A DNA stretch of 25,311 bases from an uncultured delta proteobacterium. Lineage in GTDB: Bacteria > Desulfobacterota > Syntrophobacteria > Syntrophobacterales > Syntrophobacteraceae. Below are positions 1-6,444 of the stretch, piece after piece. The notes beneath the pieces were generated by a model. That model did not search any database. It saw nothing but the letters and a program-made list of their open reading frames with translations, and was not told the DNA's origin. A program made the position numbers and the translations under genes. Position 1 is the first letter of the stretch, and each line of letters begins with the position of its first letter. The stretch spans positions 1 through 25,311 of the forward strand of contig CAWEHK010000046.1 of the NCBI GenBank assembly GCA_963808625.1, written 5' to 3'.

Positions 1-193
1 CCTCCCAAAGCTTTACTGTGCTGTCAGCACTCCCGCTGGCTAACATCCTGCCCTGCGGATCAAACGCCATGCTTAAGACCACGTCCTTGTGACCTTTGAG
101 CATGTGGAGCAGCTTCACGCCCGGCGGCAGCTTCTTCCGCAACTCTTCGTCCGCCCGGCGCGATTCCTGAGTAGCATGATCATTCGTATTCAT
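1..193 (-). CDS. WD40-repeat protein, N-terminal part (runs off window start)
   Basis: Manual translation from ATG at 193: MNTNDHATQESRRADEELRKKLPPGVKLLHMLKGHKDVVLSMAFDPQGRMLASGSADSTVKLWE, a canonical WD40 repeat (GH..V.S.AF.P.G..LASGS.D.TVKLW). Not in the ORF track because it is truncated. Confidence 0.85.
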   Translation of the reverse strand, partial: MNTNDHATQESRRADEELRKKLPPGVKLLHMLKGHKDVVLSMAFDPQGRMLASGSADSTVKLWE

Positions 194-520
194 CGATCCT
201 GGTTTCAGCTCGGCGTTGCCTGCCGCGAAGCGGATGGCAACAATTGTTTGAGGTGAAAAATTTCCGTATTTTCCATTCTGGCCTGGTTATTAGTAAATAT
301 TTCCAATAGTTGATATTTCCACACTATCCAAATAAGGTTGGATAATGAGATGGGGTTGAAGACAATTGAAATCGGGTAACCGCAAAACACTGCACCAGAT
401 ACCTGTCCATCTTCGGAGCTGGAAAGACTCAATATGGCCATAGCAAAGACCGGTTGACAAAGCGATAGATGACAAAAACCTGAATAAGACCGCCGAAATT
501 CTACTTGGGGAGCGATACGG

Positions 521-608
521 TTGCAAGCTGAAAATGGCTCCAGCACGGCTGGAAGCGAGCAGAGGCCGAAAATATTGCTTGATCGGGTCCGAGAGGTGCT
601 GCACCTTA
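521..608 (+). pseudogene. Possible N-terminal remnant of an integron integrase (IntI-like), truncated at a MITE-like insertion
   Basis: Translation ...QRPKILLDRVREVLHL resembles the typical IntI N-terminus (PKLLDxVRxxxRLxHYS). The similarity stops exactly at the TA preceding the repeat element at 609. Only about 16 informative residues. Confidence 0.45.
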
Positions 609-702
609 GAGAGTGTCTAAAAGGTCCTCCGATCGTCACCCCCACATGCTCCACCCTAAGCTGCGGCGACAAGCCTTGGCGGGGGCCAGGGATCAAAGCT
701 AC

Positions 703-783
703 CTGGATTCCCGCTGAAGCATGCGGGAATGACGATGAGGGGCTCATGCGGGAATGACAATGAGGGCAGCGGGAACGACGATT
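703..783 (+). repeat. ATTCCCGC-loop-GCGGGAAT hairpin followed by tandem GCGGGAATGAC half-sites
   Basis: Stem ATTCCCGC 707-714 pairs with GCGGGAAT 723-730; extra half-sites start at 748 and 769. The same hairpin occurs at 1112-1136 and 3714-3738. Resembles the dRS3-type ATTCCC...GGGAAT repeat. Confidence 0.8.
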
Positions 784-836
784 TTGGACCTTTGCATGCC
801 TTATGTCGGTCCGTGGGTAATCACATATGATCAAGA

Positions 837-1054
837 AATGCCCTGAAAGGGCTCATAAAATAGCCCAGGGTCAGCAACAGCGCCACCCTGGGGGCAAGCA
901 CAACACCTATATCTACCCTGAAAGGGTACATAAATCATTCTACGTATGTTTTATGTAACCCTTTCAGGGTAAGGAAAATCGTATTGGGCTTGTCCACCCC
1001 AGGGTGACGCTATCGCTGACCCTGGGCTATGTTATAAAGCCCTTTCAGGGCATT
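837..1054. repeat. 218-bp imperfect inverted repeat built from CCCTGAAAGGG REP-like units
   Basis: Left arm AATGCCCTGAAAGGGCTCATAAAATAGCCCAGGGTCAGCAACAGCGCCACCCTGGGG...TACCCTGAAAGGGTACATAAA matches the reverse complement of the right arm ...TTTATGTAACCCTTTCAGGGTA...CCCCAGGGTGACGCTATCGCTGACCCTGGGCTATGTTATAAAGCCCTTTCAGGGCATT. Confidence 0.9.
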
Positions 1055-1241
1055 GCATCATCCGCCACCCGGCAACCAGTCTTGGCGGGAGGCAGGGATC
1101 AAAAGCTCTGGATTCCCGCTTGAAGCCTGCGGGAATGACGATTTAGACTTTTGATGCCTTATGTCGGTCCAGGGGTAATCACCCAGCGGGTGTCATCATA
1201 ATGGCACTTGTTGAGGGTTTTGGGACACCCTCTAAAGGTGG

Positions 1242-1738
1242 TTACCCCGCGGCAGGGAGTGCCAGTGACATGAAAAGCACCCGAAAAGGCAAATGAGGGA
1301 AGGTAGCCGTTTTTTGTTCAACGAAGCCGATCTTCCGATACCATTCCCTCAATTCGGTGTGGTCCGCGATGATCCCGATGTCGACACGTTGGGCGCCGAG
1401 TTCCTTCGCTTCGTGCAGAACACGGTCGACGAGCGCCTTTCCGTAGCCTCGACGTCTTTGGGGAGGGAGCACAGCGAGCCGCTCGAGATAGCAGACCTCA
1501 GGGCTTGCCTGTTCGAGTGCCACACACCCGCACGAAATGCCTTCGGCATCGAGCACGAAATAGCGGGCGCCCTTCTCCAGGGCGCTCGTAATCCAGGTCG
1601 CCTGGCAGTTGGAGGGGTGCTTCGGGCAGTTCGCTGCCGTCAGGCCGAAGCGAAGGGCAACGTCCTGGAAGGAGGTCCTGATGATCTCGACCAGTTTTGG
1701 GATCTCCAAGGGGTTGCTTCGCGGATTATATAGGACAT
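1242..1738 (-). CDS. GNAT family N-acetyltransferase
   Basis: ORF 1242-1709 has GNAT motif A (YLERLAVLPPQRRRGYGKALV) and WYRKIGF. The likely true start is ATG 1738 (MSYIIREAT), one base out of frame at a short C run near 1710. Confidence 0.85.
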
Positions 1739-1755
1739 GATCTAATCCAGAGAAA

Positions 1756-1818
1756 AGTGGCTAGTGGAAAGTGGCTAGTGATCTGTGGTTAGCCAGTCAC
1801 CAGTCGCCAGTGGTCAGC
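1756..1818 (+). repeat. Heptamer tandem array (AGTGGCT / CAGTCAC type)
   Basis: AGTGGCT AGTGGAA AGTGGCT AGTGATC TGTGGTT AGCCAGT CACCAGT CGCCAGT GGTCAGC: 7-nt periodicity. Confidence 0.75.
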
Positions 1819-1889
1819 AAGGAACCGAAATGAGACCTGGTGGTCATTTTCAGGCTTCGCGGATGGCTTCCGACATGACCTTTCCTATC

Positions 1890-2444
1890 TTATGACGACA
1901 ATTGAGAAATGATCTCTTCGGTGCTCAATACCTTTGCATACACGGCATTCAGTGCTGCCAGAAAAGCAAGATGCACCTGCCGGGCTGGGATGCTCTGGCC
2001 CCTGTGGAGCAGGGTCCTGGTGGCGCAGGCATCTTCGGCCACCAGGCATTCAAAGCCATAATCAAAGGCCGCTCTCGTGGTGGCGTCAACACACATGTGG
2101 GTCATCATCCCACAGATAACGAGGCGTTTGACCTCCTCACCTTGAAGATAAGCCAGCAGACCGGTATCGCGGAAACTGTTGGGATAATGTTTCTGGACGA
2201 TGACTTCCTCTGCCAGCGGCTGCACCTGTTCATGGATCTTCACCCCGTCCGTTTCGGGCAGAAAGAACGTCGCGCCGGGGCGGGTGGAAATATGTTGAAC
2301 ATGGACCAAAGGCAGCGCCCTCCGGCGAAAGGCGGAGAGCAGTTCCCGTGCCCGCTGGCCGGCTTCGACACTGCCTTCCAGTTCCATTGGTCCACCAGGG
2401 AAGTAGTCATTCTGGATGTCTATCAAGACGAGTGCTGTTTTCAT
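1890..2444 (-). CDS. Isochorismatase-family cysteine hydrolase
   Basis: MKTALVLIDIQNDYF, KHYPNSF and GMMTHMCVDATTRAAFDYGF motifs (catalytic D, K, C). Start moved to ATG 2444. Confidence 0.9.
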   Translation of the reverse strand: MKTALVLIDIQNDYFPGGPMELEGSVEAGQRARELLSAFRRRALPLVHVQHISTRPGATFFLPETDGVKIHEQVQPLAEEVIVQKHYPNSFRDTGLLAYLQGEEVKRLVICGMMTHMCVDATTRAAFDYGFECLVAEDACATRTLLHRGQSIPARQVHLAFLAALNAVYAKVLSTEEIISQLSS

Positions 2445-2551
2445 GGTGATCGCCCTTCCCAATCGCATTCGGACAAGCCTCTTATCCGTGCTTCTGATTT
2501 CCGTCTACCACCTTCCACATTCCAGTACAGGATGGCGAATGTCCCTGTGCA

Positions 2552-2647
2552 GTTTCGGTGGGCGCAAAAAGACGCGCCCACCCTACAGTGCCACTCAGGG
2601 CGGCGAAAATCGTAGGGTGGGCACAGCTTTATCGTGCCCACCAAAAC
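2552..2647. repeat. GTAG-family REP doublet (REPIN-like)
   Basis: Minus-strand REP GTAGGGTGGGCGCGTCTTTTTGCGCCCACC (2586-2557) and plus-strand REP GTAGGGTGGGCACAGCTTTATCGTGCCCACC (2612-2642), in inverted orientation. Confidence 0.85.
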
Positions 2648-2718
2648 CGCTACGGATTTCGACCGGTTCGCTCGCTGTATAGATGGCTGCTTATGCCGAG
2701 ATGTACGAGCTCCCAACC

Positions 2719-2803
2719 ACCGACTTCAGCCCTCCGCCTTCTGACTCCTGACTTCTGACTCCTGTACTCCTGTCTTCCGACTTCTGTCTCCTGACTCCTG
2801 TCT
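2719..2803 (+). repeat. Heptamer tandem array (TCTGACT/CCTGACT type), about 12 units
   Basis: ...TCTGACT CCTGACT TCTGACT CCTGTACT CCTGTCT TCCGACT TCTGTCT CCTGACT CCTGTCT, abutting the hydrolase stop codon. Confidence 0.85.
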
Positions 2804-3594
2804 CAACCACAGGCAACCTCCGCCAGGAACTTTTTGACGTGTGGGAGCACCAGGTCACTCGCGAAGAGTGCTCCGAAATGGTCAAGTCCCGGCAGGGAGA
2901 AGAACCTTGCGGTGGGGATGTGGCGGGCGCCTTCTCTGGCGCCGGCATAGAGCGGGTCGGCCTCGCCCGCGTAGATCAGGCAGGGGAGCGTGATCTCGGC
3001 CAAAATGTCCGCGATGCCCGGCCACTCCTGGCCCGCCTTGGTCATGGCGATGAGCGCCCGAGGGTCATTCTCGAGAAGGCGCTTCCTGGCAACGGGTGGG
3101 ATCGGCCTCGACGCTTTCTCGAGGAATCCGACATAAGCCTCCATTCCCTGTTCGAGCGCCATGGTCACATTATCCGCAAAGAGCTTCACGAACTGCTTTT
3201 CGGTCTCGGTGCGCGGGCCGTAGGGAGTGTGGCCTCCCAAAGTGAACGAGCAGAAGCGGGAGGGAGCACGTCTGATGATTTCGTACCCGACAACGGCCCC
3301 CATCGAATAGCCCCAGTAGTGGGCTTTGGCGATGCCGAGGGCATCCAGCACGGCCACCACGTCACCCGCAAATTTTCGAGGCGGTAGGCGATCGGGGTGG
3401 TGAGGCTTGTCACTGGCGCCGTGGCCGCGGGCGTCGATCAAAATGAGCCGGTAGTCTGTCTTGAGGGCTCTCGCATACCCGGCCGCGAGCCATACCTCCA
3501 GGTTCGAGGAAAACCCGTGGTGGAGTACCAATGGCGGGCCTTGTCCCTGCACCTCATAGCGGATGCGGATTCCCTGATGAGTAATGAATGGCAT
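2803..3594 (-). CDS. Alpha/beta fold hydrolase
   Basis: PLVLHHGF oxyanion motif, IDARGHGAS, nucleophile elbow GYSMG, C-terminal GEAD and PGLDH. Confidence 0.9.
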   Translation of the reverse strand: MPFITHQGIRIRYEVQGQGPPLVLHHGFSSNLEVWLAAGYARALKTDYRLILIDARGHGASDKPHHPDRLPPRKFAGDVVAVLDALGIAKAHYWGYSMGAVVGYEIIRRAPSRFCSFTLGGHTPYGPRTETEKQFVKLFADNVTMALEQGMEAYVGFLEKASRPIPPVARKRLLENDPRALIAMTKAGQEWPGIADILAEITLPCLIYAGEADPLYAGAREGARHIPTARFFSLPGLDHFGALFASDLVLPHVKKFLAEVACG

Positions 3595-3609
3595 AGCGGT
3601 GTTCCCTTA

Positions 3610-3745
3610 GAGCGTATCCAAAAAGGTCCTCCGGTCGTGACCCCCGCATGTTCCCCGGCCCAAGCCCGCAGGGACAAGCTCTGGCGGGAGTCCAGGGAGC
3701 GAACGACACCTGGATTCCCGCCAGAAGCATGCGGGAATGACGATC
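3610..3745 (+). mobile_element. Partial second copy (left end) of the MITE-like element
   Basis: TA-GAGCGTATCCAAAAAGGTCCTCCGGTCGTGACCCCCGCATG...GACAAGCTCTGGCGGG...CCTGGATTCCCGCCAGAAGCATGCGGGAATGACGAT is collinear with 609-735. No right TIR seen. Confidence 0.75.
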
Positions 3746-3803
3746 TGAGATCCCGATGGTTCCTCGTTGCCTGCGACTATTGCGAGGTTACCAAAAAGGG
3801 CTG

Positions 3804-4640
3804 TTATGGCTGACGCTGAGTTGCCTCCAGGGTTTCATTCATGGAACCGGTCCGGTAGCCCTGAAGGTCGAGGGTCACATAATTGTATCCGGCCGCTTTG
3901 CAGGCTTCCACGACTGCGTCGCACAAGGGCGACCCGAGAAGTCGGTCGATGTCTTCAGGAACCAGCTCGATCCGGGCAAGCGAACCATGGTCGCGCACGC
4001 GCACCTGCCGGAACCCCAGGTGATGGAGCGATGCTTCCGCTTTCCCGATGCGTTCCAGGCGCTCCCTGGTTATCTCTTCTCCATAGGGGATGCGGGAGGC
4101 AAGGCAGGCCGAAGAAGGTTTGTCCCAGTTTTCAAGCCCCAGTTCTTTGGACAGCCGCCGGATGTCCGCTTTTCTGATTCCCAGCTCGACGAAAGGCGAG
4201 CGGATGTCGAGCTCTCGAAGCGCTGCGATGCCCGGCCTGAAATCCGAAAGATCATCGGCATTCGTCGCCTCGATGACGAACGGCAGGCCTTCTTCGCGTG
4301 CCTTCTCGATCAACCGCAAAAAGAGCTTCTTCTTGCAGACGTAGCAGCGATTCGGAGGATTGGTCGTGAACTGATCATCGTCGAGTGCATCCATTGCCAG
4401 CGCCGTCCAGCGCACGCCCAGTTGGGACGCGATTTTTTGGGCGCACTCGAATTCATGGGCCGGAAATATTGGCGAGGTGACCGTGGCGGCCAGGACCGCG
4501 TCGCCAAGGGCATCGTGCGCTGCCGCCAGGAGGAAAGAGCTATCCACCCCGCCGGAAAAGGCGACCAGCGCGCCGTCCATTTCCTTCAATAGAGCTATTA
4601 ACCGTTGATAGATAGACTCGTTCAGGCTGAAAACCTTCAT
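3804..4640 (-). CDS. larE: ATP-dependent sulfur transferase, LarE family (PP-loop)
   Basis: PP-loop AFSGGVDSS, NRCYVCKK, DDLSDFRPG, SACLASRIPYG, RVRDHG and TLDLQGYRTGSMN are all LarE-family hallmarks. Confidence 0.9.
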   Translation of the reverse strand: MKVFSLNESIYQRLIALLKEMDGALVAFSGGVDSSFLLAAAHDALGDAVLAATVTSPIFPAHEFECAQKIASQLGVRWTALAMDALDDDQFTTNPPNRCYVCKKKLFLRLIEKAREEGLPFVIEATNADDLSDFRPGIAALRELDIRSPFVELGIRKADIRRLSKELGLENWDKPSSACLASRIPYGEEITRERLERIGKAEASLHHLGFRQVRVRDHGSLARIELVPEDIDRLLGSPLCDAVVEACKAAGYNYVTLDLQGYRTGSMNETLEATQRQP

Positions 4641-4657
4641 TTTGGTGGATTCAGGAA

Positions 4658-4740
4658 TTAACCGCAGAGCACGCTGAGATCGCAGAGGAATCTAATCATT
4701 CCAGGGTGCTCTTTGCGCTCTCTGCGCACTCCGCGGTAAA
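4658..4740. repeat. Hairpin built of 9-nt periodic CGCAGAG units
   Basis: Left arm TTAACCGCAGAGCACGCTGAGATCGCAGAG; right arm CTCTTTGCGCTCTCTGCGCACTCCGCGGTAAA (reverse complement TTTACCGCGGAGTGCGCAGAGAGCGCAAAGAG). Confidence 0.8.
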
Positions 4741-4850
4741 GAAACCTTTTCATCTCTAACGGGCGGAGTTTCGCCATTTATGGTTCGCGCTCGTGACGGG
4801 AGCGTGACCGTTACCCCGTATGCGACAGCAAGTTCAGCATCTGGTTCAGG

Positions 4851-4928
4851 CACCATCAACCATCAACCGTCTTTCAACCATCAACCATCTTTCAACCATC
4901 AACCATCAACCACCTTTTCAACCATCAA
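4851..4928 (+). repeat. Heptamer tandem array (CATCAAC type)
   Basis: CACCATCAACCATCAACCGTCTTTCAACCATCAACCATCTTTCAACCATCAACCATCAACCACCTTTTCAACCATCAA. Confidence 0.9.
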
Positions 4929-5986
4929 CCGTATTCGACGGCAATTTCAGCATCTGGTTGAGGGCTGATCAGGGCCTCGGCCTTTACGCTGTCCGGAACG
5001 GTCACGACATTGACCTGCCCGAGGTTCTCGAGGGTCCAGAGCAGGTTTCTCAGGTTGATCTTGAACATATTCGGGCACAGGGAGCGGTGCAGCTCCAGCA
5101 CCTTCTTGTCCGGAAATACCTGGGCCAGCCGATGGATCAGGTTGATTTCCGTGCCGATGATGATGGTTGAGCCGGGCGGAGCATTCCTCACATAATTGAC
5201 GATGAAACTGGTAGACCCGCAGGCGTCGGCAAGGGCCACCACTTCCTGGGTGCACTCCGGATGCACCACAATCTTCGCCTCGGGAAATTTTTCCCGCATC
5301 TGCCGGATGTGGTCCACCTCGAAGCGGGTGTGCACGAGGCAGTAGCCATCCCAAAGGATGAGCCGCGCTCTGGCAATGTCCTCGGGAGCATTGCCTCCGG
5401 AAGGCTGCTTGGGGTCCCAGACGATCATCTCCTCCGGCTTGAGGCCCATTTGATTGCCGACATTCCGGCCAAGGTGCTGGTCCGGGAAAAACAGGATCTT
5501 CGGCCCGACGCTGAATCCCCATTTCATTGCCTGGTCGGCGTTGGACGAAGTGCAGACGGTGCCGCCATGGCGGCCGCAAAACGCCTTCAGAAACGCATCG
5601 GAATTCATATAGACAAGGGGAACAATGGTCTGCCCCGGGGAGATGGCGGCGATCTCTTCCCACGCCCTTTCAACATCGTGGCTGTCGGCCATATCAGCCA
5701 TCCAGCAGCCGGCTTCGTAGTCCGGGATTTGGACCGTTTGGTGTGGTTGGGCCAGGATTGCTGCGCTCTCGGCCATGAAATGGACGCCACAGAAAACGAT
5801 GTACCGGACCTGGCTGTTATCGGCGGCCTTCTTTGAGAGGCCAAAGGAATCCCCACGAAAATCGCCGAGATCGATGATCTCTTTACGCTGATAGTGGTGG
5901 GTCAGGATGAGCAGCTCTTTTCCCAGGGCTTTCTTGATCGTGCGAATACGTTCAACAAGTTCTTCGGTTTCAACTGGATCAGCCAT
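4918..5986 (-). CDS. nadA: Quinolinate synthase
   Basis: HHYQR, GDSFGL, IVFCGVHFMAESAAIL, YMNS, CTSSNA, PDQHLG, GYCLVH, HPEC, GTE and CPNM motifs. ATG 5986 has a GGAGA RBS. A 1-nt indel near 4968 shifts the tail; the corrected end is ..ALNQMLKLPSNTVDG* (stop 4918). Confidence 0.93.
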
Positions 5987-5997
5987 CTTCTCTCCGG

Positions 5998-6444
5998 TCA
6001 ACCAACAGATTCAAAGTCAACAAAGCTTATCGGGTCTCCGTCAGCGATGGCACCCTCTTCCAGGACCCGCGCAAAAATCCCCTCCCGCGGCATGATACAG
6101 TCTCCTGCCTGATAGTATATGGCGCACTTCTGGTGGCACTCCTTGCCGATCTGAGTGATTTCGACGAGCGCCGAATCTCCCAGTTTGAGCCGCGTGCCCA
6201 CGGGGACCTTGAGCCAGTCAATCCCTTCGGTGGCAATATTTTCGGCAAAGTCACCGAAAGTCACTTCCAGCCCACCCTGGCGCGCTTTTTCAATACTCTC
6301 ACTGGCAAGGAAGCTCACCTGGCGGTGCCATGGCCCGGCATGAGCATCTCCCTCGAGGCCATGGTCCTTGATGAGATGTGCGGTTGACACGCAGGTCTTG
6401 CGTGTTCCTTTTTTCCTGCTGATGGCGATGGAAACAATCTTCAT
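5998..6444 (-). CDS. MOSC domain protein
   Basis: GLEGDAHAG, HRQVSFL, GDFAENI and EITQIGKECH...CIMPREGIFARV are typical of small MOSC proteins. Overlaps the Rrf2 stop. Confidence 0.88.
   Translation of the reverse strand: MKIVSIAISRKKGTRKTCVSTAHLIKDHGLEGDAHAGPWHRQVSFLASESIEKARQGGLEVTFGDFAENIATEGIDWLKVPVGTRLKLGDSALVEITQIGKECHQKCAIYYQAGDCIMPREGIFARVLEEGAIADGDPISFVDFESVG

Larger units (their letters stand above)
609..1232. mobile_element. Non-autonomous MITE-like composite element with terminal inverted repeats and TA flanks
   Basis: Left end GAGAGTGTCTAAAA (609-622); right end reverse complement GAGGGTGTCCCAAA (11/14 identical). TA at 607-608 and 1233-1234. No transposase inside. The left ~130 bp recurs at 3610-3745. 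Confidence 0.65.

Noticed and set aside
454..485. TTGACA promoter for the IntI-like stub
   Set aside because: No acceptable -10 element at 16-18 nt spacing.
205..834. 209-aa minus-strand ORF (and 290-604)
   Set aside because: Runs through repeat DNA and an AT-rich spacer, with no recognisable motifs and an atypical composition.
703..1182. Possible CRISPR array from repeated GCGGGAATGAC units
   Set aside because: Spacing is irregular, there are no unique spacers of constant length, and no cas genes are present.
2691..2948. ORFs reading through heptamer arrays (RRQKSEDRS.., also TINHQPS.. at 4780-5170)
   Set aside because: These are translation products of period-7 repeats and shadows of real genes.
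1242..3594. GNAT, isochorismatase and hydrolase as integron cassettes
   Set aside because: No RYYYAAC..GTTRRRY attC structure was seen in the spacers. The hairpins are REP/MITE types, and the genes point toward the IntI-like stub rather than away from it.
4816..4963. DGR template/variable repeat pair at the nadA end
   Set aside because: Only 35 bp long, mismatches are not confined to adenines of one copy on either strand, and there is no reverse transcriptase in the window.
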